From: Raillietiella orientalis
Taxonomy: Eukaryota
Direction of reading: 5' to 3'
NCBI GenBank assembly: GCA_036172245.1
Contig: JAYWIR010000007.1
Span: 2,728,001-2,792,000, forward strand
DNA length: 64,000 nucleotides
Shown here: positions 12,901 through 25,300 of the stretch, in pieces
Position numbering within the stretch: position 1 is the stretch's first letter
How the letters are laid out: each line of letters starts with the position of its first letter
Made by a program: the position numbers and the translations under genes
The notes under the pieces: generated by a model
Told to the model about the DNA's origin: nothing
Database searches by the model: none
What the model saw: only the letters and a program-made list of their open reading frames with translations

Positions 12901-13999
12901 TTTGAGGATGCACCGCACCGTATTGAAATGGAGAATGCCTTCGGTCCGCGACCTCGAAGGAAGAGGAGTCTGGGTGTCCGGCGTTCGTTCGGAAGGGGAA
13001 CGGGTGGATCGTTCCAGGAAACTCTTCCTTTCTGTTCCCCCTCTCTTTTACATGGAAACCCGAGAGCTCGATGGACCGAAAGCTCATACGGTCAACTTGA
13101 CAAACGACACGCACAATCCAGTTCCTTCCCCCCTCTCCTCCCGAAAGGAAAAAAAAAAAAAGACGTATTGAAAAAAAATAAAGGGAAACGGTCTGCCCTT
13201 GAGAAGCTGAGAATTTGTCCAGGTCATGAGTCCGGATCACGAAAGAACTGGATCCAACGGCAAAAGGCAAAAGCCGGGCGGGGGGGAGAGTGGTACACGT
13301 GAGAACTGTGCGCGCCCACCGACACCGATTTCTTATCTGAAGATGTGAAATTCAAATTTCACAATTAAGGAAGAAGCGAGCGTGAGCGTGGACCGCGTGA
13401 ATGACAAAATCACGCAGCGGTCGACGGGGGAGGTCGTGTCTTCTCCATTCAAGCGGAGAGTTCGGCAGCAGCCACAGGAGCCCGGGCGCGCGAATTCAGA
13501 CTCTGACGTCAGTGGCGAGGAGGCCGGCAGGAAGCGCGAAAACTCGCCCCCCCGGTACGGCGGCAGATGAAGGGGAAGGGGGAGGAGGGAGGAAAAGAAA
13601 GGGAAGAAACGCTCGTGGAAACGAGAGAACCTCTATCTCATTACCCGCCGCTGCTGCTGGAAGCTGGGCTTTTTTTTTTTTTTTTTTTTTGGACCGAGTC
13701 AAACGGGCGCGTGCGGCCGTCAGGAGAGTCGGCGTTCGCTGCGCGCGCGAAAGAGCCGCGGAACTCGGATTTCGGAAGAGGAGGAGGAGGAGGAAAAAAA
13801 ATAAGACGAAAAAAAGGAGGAAGGAAGGAAGGAGGAAAACAAAACCAAGGGACAGGGCAGGGAGGAAAAGGGAGTGGCAGGCGGGTGCAAGGATCCCCGC
13901 CTCCGGATATGCCGCGCATCCATGAGCAGGTAGCATCCAGCTCCCTGCTCTTGCCAAAAAAGGGACGGCGGCCTTGCAGCGATCCCGGAACATCCCGAA

Positions 14000-16900
14000 G
14001 TGTTCGCACGCGGTTCTGGCCTTCCCCCCGCTTTCCGCCTCAGGCTCACATCGCGCCAATTGAAGAGAGGCCAGGAACTCGGAGCCATTATGCTTATTCA
14101 TCTTCTCATTAGCATGGTCTGCAGAGTCTTTAAGGCGTTCCAGCTCCAGCATCCGCGCCATCAGCGTAGAGTTCACCTGATGCGGAAAGAGCGCTTATTA
14201 GTCTCATTACAGGATTCGCTCGCTCCGGTCCTTTCGCCGCTCGCAACTCGCGCGGGAGGGAGTCTCGTCCGGGAACGCCCGCTCGACCGGGGTCTTCCGA
14301 AAGAGCGGCGATCTGGACACGACGGCAATCGGGAGGGCTCGCGCCTCGCAATGACCCCCATCCAGAGAAGGGTGAATCAGCAGCAGCCGGAGGAGCGGCG
14401 CTCCTCCTCCCTCTTTCCCAGCCTCCAAGAGTCGGGGGAAGAGGGCTTTCTTCCCGAGATCCTAGACGCTCAGGCGACGAACCCGGCACTGGGGTGGTGC
14501 CTTTGGAGATTTTGGAAAGACCACCGAGTGCCGCAGAGCCTTCCCTCTCGCATCCAGGAGAAAGAAGATCATCCCGGAAGGGGAAAAGGGGAGGACGAAA
14601 CTGTTTTTGCTCTGCCACGTCCCGGAAAAATTACCCGATTAACGGTGAAGAAAGCAGAACGGGATTCTTGAGTGGAATTGCAACGTAACAAAGGAGGAAG
14701 CGTTTCTGGATAATTAACCGGCGCATCAGGCAGAACGAATTGCACAGACGAACTGTACAAGAGAAGACGCAGAAGCCAACAGGTGCGCGCTGGAACAAAA
14801 AAGTAAAAGAAAAGAACAAGAAGAAAATACAAAACAGAACAACAAAAAAAAAAGCCACTCGAGAAGGGATGGGAAGTGGTGTGATGAATTCCCAGGTACA
14901 AACACCATCATTTCCTGTAGTCGCTTCTGCTTTGCCTTTTTTTTTTTTTTTTATGCTGCCTTTTTTCCGTCGGCAGGAAGCGCCAGAGGCGATTTGCGAT
15001 CCTCGGAACGATGTTTTTGAGGGTGGTCCCTCCTGCAGCTCGTGGGGCAGACGCGACGAGGCGCCTTTCCCCTTCCCCCAGAACTTTCAAACCCTTCCTC
15101 TCTGGAGCGAAACCTCCTGGTCCCTGGGTCGGAACTTGCTTGCACTTTCCTCAAGATGCCGTGAACGCCAGTCCGGCGGATTCCAGACGCGAAAAGGGAG
15201 GGAAGGGGAGGAAAAACACGAGCTCAAGAGAGCTCTACGGCTAGAACTCTTCGCCGTAGTTGAGGAGCAACAGCATTTTGGTGCGGCTGCTGTGTGCTTT
15301 CGTCTCCCGCCGCCACCCACCATCACCCAATCCGCTACCACCTCAATCTTACGAGGTATCGCTGTATTAGGGACTGTCCTCTAGACCTCCTGTGCGACAG
15401 CAAAGCTCGTGGAGGCAATGATGCGAAACGTCTTACCCATTTCCTTCTTCCGGTCCTTTTCGCTGTTTCTACAGGTAGCTGCTGGGTGCGCCGAGGGGCG
15501 CGGCAGCCTTTGCAGGGTTCCGCCAGATCCACGGTGCGACCGAAGGGCTTGGCTCTCCCTCGCCAGCGCGTGGATCTGATCTTGCTCTCCTCAGAATGCA
15601 AAAGAGGGCATCGTGGGGTGGCTGTGGAGCACAATGGCGCTTGTCTCCCTTCGTGTGCCTTCATGAAAGAGTTAGCGAATTCGGCGCGAGATCCTTCCAT
15701 GCAACCCCAGGCGAGGAAGATGTCTGTGTTGCACACTTGGTCCAGCTGCTCTGCCGCTCGAGGAACATGAGTGAACGGGTATCTTGTCTCCCGCTGAACA
15801 GGAACGCCTCGAAGCAACAATTCCTAGGGGCGTAAAGGCTCTTAGAGAGTCCAATCTTTTCCGAGAGCAGTTTCATCAAGCTCTTGACCTTCGACGAGAT
15901 CTTAGACGATGCTAACACGCTTCTCAGGAATCAAGGCGAAACCTTTCAGGATGTTGAGTTCCCTCCCACATCGTTGAGATGTGGAAGAGTGGAAGGCAAC
16001 CTACCCGATGGCAACGGTCTCCGAGTTCACCGACCAAGATCGTTCCGGGAAACCAATTGGCTGGCGGACAAGACTATGCCCAAGGAATTGCGCGGCCATC
16101 AAAAAGGTGGATAGTGATCTTCAGAATTCTCTATGAAAACTTCGAGATTCCAGGCATCTTGCCCTTCATCTGCCAGTGAGCCGTCATTCCTGGAACAGTG
16201 AAACTTCTCTCGAAATAAGGAATGCCACGAAGACTCAGCTCACAGGGTCCTCAAAGAATGCACCCAGCAATAGAAGAGAGCCGTAAATCGACCAACGACG
16301 GCCTCTTCCGTTTCCAGCCAGTGTTCCTACTTGCCTCGATGATGTCATACCGGAAAACTGACGCCGAAATCAAAGTCCCGAGTCCGAACTTCGAAAGATA
16401 TTGCCTTCCTGGTCACCTTGAATGGGAAATGGTCCCCTTCGATCCTGTCTCGTGGAAGCTGCAGCCCACATGAGTGTGGATGCAGCGGACAGTAAGTCCC
16501 ATTCCGAACGATTGGATTCTCTTGCAGAATCCGAATGTGGTACCAACAGTCGATAGGGAAAATGCTGTGGGAATGGTAGCAATTCTGCTTACTCTTTTTC
16601 CCTCCCTATTCTTTTCTTACATTATTCCCGGACTTCCAAAAATTCTATTTACTGATTTGAAATTGATGGTGCTACAATCCGGGACCTCTTTGCACGTTTT
16701 ACGAGCGCCCTTTTCCTGGAGAAATACAGCGAACTGCAGAAGACAATTTGGTCCAACGCTCAGAGTAAATAAGCAGCTACTTATCACTATTTTTGCTTTC
16801 AGATCTCAAACCTTAAGATGCTCCGATTCTCTCAGCCGCATTTTCCTGAAAGGCAAAGCATTTTGGAACGATCGAATCCAGGCCAGAAGAACCCCTCTTC

Positions 16901-17690
16901 TCCTGTTATCTCACGCCGAGTCCCGCTCGCGCGAGCAAAAGCTGCATTCTGTATGAGGAAAAAGACCTCTTTCGCTTGTCGTCAGGCGCATTCCAAGCTG
17001 CAAGGCAGATCCGTCCTCCCCGACAAACAGCTCTCCTGCCACCGAGTGAGCATTTCTTCCCGTGGCCGCTGCACCACATACCAACCAACCCCTTCCTCCA
17101 GCTGACTACAATGAATGGAGCACGGTGTCTCTTCTCGAAGGTTGCTGAACCATTCAGCAAGGACCTCAAATACCTTCTTTTCCTCCTTCGGGTAGACAGT
17201 TCTCCCGTTCGCACAGTCTGTCGGCTTGCAGTCGCGCAGAGGAAACAAAGATCCAAAGTATTCATTGATCTCTCCTTTCCGGCTCTCTGGTTAAACGAGG
17301 CAAGCACGTTGTTTCATAGAATGGCTTCTTATTTCGTGGTTGTCGCACTGGGTTCACCCCACGTCCCTGAGTCTAGAACGAGCATCATCGAGCGCCCCTC
17401 TGAAAGCTTTGAAAGCGCTTTCATATGGGCGCTTTCCTGATCCAGTTCCTTTGGACGCAAGCTGTCTCCAGGCAGCACTGAATGCAGTGCGAAGACGGCA
17501 AGAGACGTCGGAAAATGAGGGCATCGCACGAACTTCTCCATCTTCCGTTTCAGCGGGTGTGAGAAAAGAACTCACCTTGTTGCCACTCATTGTGCGGTTC
17601 AAGGATGCCCAGAGGCTGAACCATATTTTCAGCTCTTCCAGTTCTCACGGTGGAGCTGAGGCTCTTGAGGATTCTTGAGGAATGAAGGCA
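14000..17690 (+). mobile_element. Decayed non-LTR retrotransposon ORF2 (RT motifs at 15850-16900); ends uncertain
   Basis: LTFDEILDDANTLLRNQG..DVEFP (cf. IT.EEI..A...L...KSPG.DGFP), Q*AVIPG (cf. Q.AFIPGR), PFDPVSW (cf. AFDRVSW), LFPSLFF...KILFTDL (cf. LSP.LF...LFADD), IFLKGK (thumb). Stops and frameshifts throughout. Confidence 0.55.
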
Positions 17691-18097
17691 TCTTCTGATG
17701 GATATTCCGGAAACACTGGATGCTCGGTCACAACATTTCTTTTTTGATGCGCTCCTTCCCTCCTGTCAACAACCTTCCAATCTCTTGGTACTTTGCTGTT
17801 CACCACTGATCCTGTGGAACCTATGACTATCGCCCTTGTGGCTATGGCCTCTTCTCTTTCGGCGGCGAACCATTCCATTGCCTCTTCTGGTGTAGTTTCC
17901 GAATACTCAAAGGGAGAATAACATTGCACTGGGCGTCAGTGTGACCACCTTCCCTTCGCTCTGCTGCTCCATTGAGAACGAAAGGCTGCTCGTGGGCTGT
18001 TTCTGAGACAGTCAAATAAAAGGCCACCAACTCCCAGTTTTTTAACAGTATTCCCTACCACTCTTCTAAAATTTTAGGCGCCAATTCATTCCGTTAT

Positions 18098-18900
18098 ATG
18101 GGATTGAAAACGAACGACTCATCTGGATCTGAGGCGGAATCTAAGGAAATCAGGTTCCAAGGGAATGCTAAAACAGCTGATGCACCCAATAATCAAAGGA
18201 GAAGTCTAAGGAACGTGCACAGATGCAATGGAAAGTGTACAAGGACGTCAGTAGCATCAGTCAGGAGGGATGAGAAGTCATTAGCAAGAGGTCGGAATTC
18301 GTAGATCGAATGGCTGCTCAGGGTATCTGCCAAACCGATAATCTTCCTTCCGCTGCAAGTAGCATCCGTTGAATTGAAGCTCATGTGGTCTGCATCCAAA
18401 GCTGGTTCCAGAAGCAACGTGCTCCTTACAGAGAGAAGGACTCCCGAAATGCTTCGAACACAGAAGGACGTGAAGTGTTGATCATGCGGAGAGCTCGGAA
18501 TCAAGGAGCAGGCAGCCACGGCCGATTTCCATGACGTCACTCTCAGATTCCGCTTGCCTTTCACGACTGGGGAATTTTAAACGCTTTCCGTTTCTTTCGG
18601 AGAACCAATTGGACTCTCACACGGGACGAAGCACAAAGGCGCACGAACAAAAGTACTAGCACGTTGGCGGTCTCTCGGTGCTCTTGGAGCCACCGAGGGA
18701 ACGCCAACGTAATGACAGACGGAGAAGGAGCCGAACAGTTGAATCGATGGCACCGAACGGAAGTTCCGAGTGAAGTGCTGCAGCAGGAGCGTTTTCTTGC
18801 GGCAGGCTATGGGGGAGGGGGGGACACAGGCAAGTACCTGAGGGAACAAGGGATTGTTCCTCAAAACAAGTACGGGAAGTAACGAATTTTTGGAGGGAGA
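18098..18900 (+). mobile_element. Possible LTR-retrotransposon gag zinc-knuckle/protease remnant
   Basis: KC*SCGELG resembles a CCHC knuckle start; downstream IDGTERKFRVKCCS resembles retropepsin I.G...F.VDTGS. Very degenerate. Confidence 0.25.
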
Positions 18901-20392
18901 TTTTTCGTTCCGATCGAATCTTCCATGAATCTCCTCACCGAGAGTCAAAAAGGACAGCTACATGGCTCCCGGAAGCACTCGAGAGAATGAACGTAACTGA
19001 GCCGGAAAGGTCACATGGAACGCTGTTTCTCTGAGGATTCTTGAACAAACAGATTCAGGCGCTGCGCGGTGGCAATCGCTGATCTGAGAGTTCATCACTG
19101 CTTCCACCTTGTGCTCCATCAACGGGAAACGCACGAAAACAGAGGAAGAAGAAGAGGAAGAAAGTGTGGCTCACTTGAGTCAGGAACGAAAAGGAACTCC
19201 CTCCTCTTACCCACAAGGGTCTGCAACTGCGACCTCTTCGAGATCCGCTTTTTACGCCATTCTCCTTTTATGAAGGCCTCGTTTTAACACGTCTCCTTGG
19301 TAGATGGTCGTCAACACGAATTAAGCTGAAATCTCGCAAAAAAGCAATAAACCTTAAGAATCAAAGCGGTGAAAACCACGGAGCTTCTCGGAATAAGCTG
19401 GAATCAGGGATGGACGTTCTTCGTTCGCTGGAACAGCAAGAAGAAAAGATATCCTCGTATCAACAGTCAGGACGAATGTTTGCGAAATTGCAATAAAAAG
19501 GCTTAGCCGCATTGCTCGCTGATGGCAGCCTTCTCTTTAAGGCTCCGATGGAATGCGCTGGACCAGTTTGAATGCGAGGAACTGTTTACTTGCAGCCTGT
19601 GAGGATTCCAACTGCCGTGATAATTGCTTGGAATCTTTTAGAAAGTTCGCGAGCCAACACAGCTGCCGCAGAGTTTCCCGCTCCGAACGCTCAACAGCCG
19701 ATTGCGGTGGGTTTCTGCAAATGCCATCAGGTCAAATTAACAAAATGGTCAGCCTGGAAATTCATCCTAATTGGGAAGCGGAGAGCGATACGGAAGATAC
19801 GAGCGAGTTTTCGCTGGAGCTGAGAAACGCTTTGCGAAATTCCTCCCATAAAACCATCTAAGATCGAGCTCTCGGTGTCGGAGTAGGAATTAGCATGCCA
19901 AGATTAAGGCTCCAGGATGATGAAATTTCCATATCACAAATCGAGAAGAATTGCGAGGGAGGCCTTCCGGAGAAAGAAATTTTCGGTGGTACTGGAAAAG
20001 GCGAAAGGGCACCTGTACTCAATCCGAAGATTCAATACATCGATTCCTGAGCAAGTGACGTATGTGCTCTGCTTGGCATAGCCACGGGCATTCGCGTTCA
20101 ACATCTCACTCAAACACGCGCATTTCCCAAGTGTGCAAGGCAATAAATGCACACGAACAGTTCTTAAAGATCGTAATCTAAATTGGCGGGAATGTGGGAA
20201 AATTGATATCGAAAGACGCAAGAATCTCGAGAACTCACCAAACTCCGTATTGGCAGCCTCAAGGATACCGAAAACCGGTACAACACATTCAAGAAAGTAC
20301 TCGATTGCGTAACTACGCATCATGCGACACATGTCCCACAGTGAAATGGAATGAGAGTTTTCCGTAGCCTACAGGACAGTTTGACTTTTTCC

Positions 20393-23200
20393 TTTTTTTC
20401 TCGCCGGGACATTTATTTGAAAAAAATAAATGAATAAGAAGCTAGAGGGGGGGGGGGAGGAAGTATCCTCTCAAAAAAAAAGGAATCCCCCTCCCTCGAA
20501 GAAGTTCATCCGGGATAATCACCGGCTCGCAGACCGGCTTCCATAAAGTAGGAAACGGAAAGAGGAGACGATGAGTAAATCAAAAAAAAAGACGGGGGGG
20601 GTGGGGATCGTATGAGACATTCCTTCCTCTTTAGTAGCGGCTGTGGATGGTGGCGATCTCCCTGGCGACTTCTTCTGGCAGATGAAGCCACCTTGCTGCT
20701 GTCCTCATGAGGACTGCTGCCGTAGCGGTGTCCTCTCTTGGCCGCGAACCTGACTCCAGTCGACGGAATTTCATTCATCAGCAAGAACCGCCTCCAAAGG
20801 ACTGGAACGTTGGGACGAACTCTTCTCCATTCAGCCCGAAGAGTTAGAAGTGCTCTCCGTGTTTATAGACAGGAAGCCGCTTCCCTCCAAGTGGCAGCAA
20901 TCGGCGCTGCTGATATTGCACTGGGGGGTCTCCCGTGCAATGTGCACCGTCACCACTGGACGAGGGCAGACATATCGCCGAAGTGTGCCACGTGTGGAGA
21001 GAAGGAGACCTTCCCCCACCTCACAGTGCAGCCTGTCGTCCTCCGGGACTCGTGGGAACGTTTCTCTGCGTCCCTTCCACACCCCGTGGACGATCCCAGA
21101 GACTCTTTAAGGCCCCTCTTCGTGCGGGACGCCATGACGCCCGCAGTCGCATTCGCAGAGCTGTGCTGCGTGCGCGGTGCCGTCTCAGAGAAGTGCGACG
21201 CCAAGAGAGGCCGGAGCGACGGGCGGGGGGGGGCTGTCCTGCATGCAATCCGCCTCCTGCAGATGGCTTCCAGGTGACCCCACCTGGAAAGGGAGAAGTA
21301 GGATCTCGCCGACATCCTTCAACGCATGCAGAGGTCCCACCCACCACGAAATGTGGTCTCTTCCCTTCCTCCCATCTAATTTTTGCTCTTTTCTTGTTTG
21401 TTATAGTTTGTTTTCATTTTCTATTTTTGTTTCATTCCCCTTCCCCTTCGTGAACGTGATAGAACTCTTTGTCCCCCCTTTCTTTCTAGTGTTACAACTG
21501 GAATTGGTGGGCCATCGGCTCCATCGATTCCTGTAAGAGAATAAAAGCCCTGGAGCACCCGGGTGTGAAACCCCAGCGCCCTCCTTCAGTCCTTATTCTG
21601 TGGAGAACCGTCGCAGCAAGTCCGTTGGCAACAGTGTCCTGCGGTCGACGAAGAGCCGAGACCACAAGCTCCGGAGGGCACTGCGGCCCAATAAAAGGTG
21701 CGGGGAGCGATCCCATCGCCCCGCGCCTTGAACAGTTCGGAGAGGCAACTCCTCCGGCAACCAGGTGTCCGCGCTGACGGCACTGGAATCCCCAGTGCAG
21801 GAACAGCAGAACATCCCGTTTGCACCGTAGCGGGAACACGGAGGTGTCCACGCGAAGGGAGTTGGGGGCCTTTTCTCACAATTCTCTTCCACTTCTGTTT
21901 CCTAGCATTTCCAACCGACGGAGCACACCAGCTCTAGGAAGCGAGAAATACACTTTCGTGTGTCAAGACATCGCGGAAATAACGCAGGTGCGGCACACCG
22001 ATGAAAACCGAGGGCGTGGTTGGGCAAGGTGTAGTGTTTCCAGTCTCCCAAGTATCCATTCAAGGAGTGCACGTCTGATCGAATGTCAAAACATTGCCAT
22101 CTAACGTCGGGGCTCTTAGGAGATTCCGAATTATTCGAATCATGGCAGCAACAAGTTGCGAGGAACGGACCCCCATCTGAAGCTGGCAAGGCCCCACGTC
22201 ACCAACGCTGCCTGGCACCAACATCCCGCAAAGTTAACGGGAAAATGCCGAGCTGGAACCATTGACTTGTTTAAAAGGCACCACCCGTTCCTGCATTCAC
22301 TAACAACAGCGCCTGGAATTGTTTTGCCGCATACTCGTTTTCGCCTTTGACTTGGAGCCATTTGATTTGGTTTATTGTTTGTTTGATTGGTTGGTTGATT
22401 GGTTCGTTGGTTTGCATGTGGTTGCTGGATGCAGCAACGCCTCGATCCTCTGTGCTTTCGACAGTGCGGAGATCTTAATGACGGTGTTTTCGCCGTCGGT
22501 GCCGAGTGTTCGGGACCTATCCAAGCAGCCGTGCCATTGTGATTCCAAAGCTCGTTGGTAATGCGCACCTTCCAGGTGAACACTTCCAGGAGTGTGGCAT
22601 TGCTGCTTCGATTCGGATCAGATGGTGGGCAGCAAGAGCAACGGGAAGAAAGCGCATCCCTGGAAGAAAAAAAAATGTGGAGAGAAACTCCTCGAAAAAA
22701 AAAAAAAAAAATGCACTGCCGGCACAAATAGATGGTGCGGTCATCAGAATCGCTCGGGAAATCTTGAGGATGACGAACCGGAAAACAAAATTTTAGCGTC
22801 GGTAAGGAACAGCTGCTCTTAAATACTCTCTCTTCGGCGGTAGTCAGGAGGTGAGACTGCTTTTCCGTGAGCCATTCGTAGTATCATGTTGAGGACTGCG
22901 GAAGAAATTTCAAAATTCTGGACGGCTCCGGGTAGATTCAATGTATCTTTTTAGATCAGAAGGAACTCTTGCGTGCTTCGAGGTCATCACCATGAGAAAC
23001 TTGGGTGCAAATCCTCTGGTGCAAAATCGCACCATTAAGCTCCTTGCTGAAGGTCAGCATTAGTAAGGAAGGCAACCTGGAAATGAAGATCGACCTCAGC
23101 GGTTGGCAGTGACATAAACGTGTCTACAGCAGCGGGGGCACTCCTCGTTTATCACCACTCCCTGCATTAAAAAACACTGAAAAGAAAGCATCGCTTAGAA
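20393..23200 (-). mobile_element. L1/Tx1-like element (RT through 3' end), interrupted by an opposite-strand copy at ~20800-21570
   Basis: Minus strand in order: IFISRLPSLL, VFKSSCSLPTLKF (cf. GVRQGCPLSPLLF), DSDDRTIYL (cf. YADD), RTLGTDGENTVIKISALSK, LLFLHWG, PHLLLG..LRSLW (21590-21850). Beyond the insert: AARWLHLPEEVAREIATIHSRY* (~20630-20700), a pyrimidine-rich UTR and AATAAATGTCCCGGCG-AGA7 at 20417-20393. Confidence 0.75.
20800..21570 (+). mobile_element. 5'-truncated L1/Tx1-like element (zf-RVT-like C-terminus, 3' UTR, terminal stem-loop)
   Basis: LPSKWQQSALLILHWG/PCNVHRHHW..ISPKCATCGEKETFPHL (CxxC..E..H); ends AATAAAAGCCCTGGAGCACCCGGGTGTGAAA (21540-21570). 5' junction approximate. Confidence 0.8.
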
Positions 23201-23599
23201 TGGAATTCTGTATCCCAAAATAAGGAAACAAGAGATCAGCGGATGGTTCAGAGGCTCGTGGATCTCACAGGCAAAGGCATGATGAAAGCTCAGATGGAAA
23301 AAGCCGGTTTCTGCAACCCGCAGAAGGATTTCCTAGCAACAGATCCGCAGCCCGTGCTGCCTGCTTTATTTTGGGTTTCTTGAATTAATCGAGGGTCAAA
23401 GAGCAAAAGAGCCAATACACGGCGCTGTCTAATAAAGTTGCAGTTTTTCGTAAGGAGGTTTTCTCGCTGCTGAAGATGCGTGGCATCTGCCGAGATTGCA
23501 GTGACCAAGGTATTTGCTTCCTAGACTCCAATTGTGATCTGTTTGCCAAGTCAGCAGCCAATCACCACGGTTCCTCAGCTTTCCTTAGGTATGTTACCT

Positions 23600-25300
23600 C
23601 TTCGGGCCAGCACCAGAAAGTAATTTGCCAGCTCGCATTGGGAGGAAATTTCATCGCCTAATTTCTTAGCTCCATTAGTGAACACGGAACACGCCACCAG
23701 TCGTATCTTTTTCAGAAACAAGGGTATGTTTGTCTGGGTGGTGGAGGGGGCTATATCTTTTTCCTCTGGATGATTTCCTTTCAAACAAATTAATTCCCAA
23801 ACTCCTTATTGGCATACAAGTCTGGAGCTGGTAATTGTCTTCTCCCCCTCCCCCCTTTCTGATTCTGCTGATCTCAGGCAGGCTCGAGTATTGAAACATC
23901 AGACGAGCCGTAGCGTCCTGTTCTCTTCCAGGAGCCATCGCCTGCTATCGGAAAAATTCGAAGATCACATTTCCTTAGCTACGAGCCAAACCCACCTGCC
24001 TTTAGCTGTTCACCGGGACAGCGCACTCGACGGCACCGGTCTCCAAGATGCATCTTTTCTGCCGAAGATTGCCAACGACTTTGGAAAATCAGTGCGGGAG
24101 GAACATGTGAGTCGGTAGTGCAGCACAGATGCGATGCCTGATTCTCACAGCAAAGCGGGAAGTGTTCAGCCGTCTCCCGAATTCTTCTTCGCTTGGATAC
24201 GAGTGCTCCTTGTCCGATAAAACAACCTAGGAATAAGCGGCTCGCAAATCCAAGGGAAGACACTTCCAACGCTTTTCGTGTGTTTTATGCGTTGCTGGTC
24301 GATCGCACGAGATGAACTCCTTCTCACCACATGTCCAGTGGAGAGCACCACCCCTGCGGCGATCTTAGCACACAGGAAATCATCGAATTGCTGCCGATAC
24401 GGACTGCTGAATTCTTCAAACAACGACTCCTGCAAAATCCCAAGCGCGTCTTCAATAGAAGGAGAAGCCCTCCCCCCCTTCCCCCCGAAAACAGTAAAGG
24501 TCGCGTCTTACGAGCATTCGTGACATTAGAGTTTAGCATCATCCAGTCATTGCTTGCTTGAAGTCGTGATTAATAAGCAACCGCAACCACGGGAACCCAA
24601 TATGAGTTTCTCATGCACCTGAGTGCGCCATGATGTAATTTTGAAATAGGATTACTGGAACATGCCTCGGTGATGCAACGTGATCCTAAGACACCCAGCA
24701 AACGCCCGGCTCCGCATCCGCAGCCTCGTGCAAGAAGCAGCAGAGAGGAATCACGCTGGAAGCTTCGGGAAGCGCGGGAGACAGTCATCCACCCCCGTAT
24801 GAATACAGATCCTCATGATGGGAACGGTTCCTTTGAGTGGTTTCGGCTCCCTCGGCGCACCTCGCCTCCCGTCTCTCCTCGGAAACCCACCACCAGCTGG
24901 TTGCAAGGTAACCCGTCTTCAGAGATTCCGCTAATTAGGAATGCAGTTGCTGCCTTTCGCTCGCCACGACGACCTTTCCCGATCTCCTGTCCCGAGCTTC
25001 CTCGTTTCAAAAGCAGAAGGGATGGAGTGGGGTGATAATGGAAGGAACTTTTATCGCCGACGCGGTGCATCTCTCCGCAGCGTTCTGCCTCCAAAGGAAA
25101 CTCCATGGTGATCCGCTGAGCCGATAATTACACGGACAGCGCGACTCCTTCGAACTGGGCTAAGCAGCCTGTGAATTTCAAAGCCATAAATTAAATCAGA
25201 ACTCAGATGAAAGATTTCCATTTCATATTTCATCCCGTGTGCTGGGGGGTTTGGTAAACACTTTCTTGGGAATTTCACGGAAATCTCACAAGCCTTCTTT
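23600..25300 (-). mobile_element. Decayed L1/Tx1-like APE C-terminus/linker/RT fragment
   Basis: IIGSADHHGVSF (cf. SDH..V), LRMRSRA (cf. IRSRA), KDASWRPV (cf. NWRPI). Confidence 0.45.

Noticed and set aside
13900..20330. Endogenous large DNA virus or Polinton gene array
   Set aside because: No capsid, pPolB, packaging ATPase or integrase motifs recognised; collinear RT motifs explain the core of the region.
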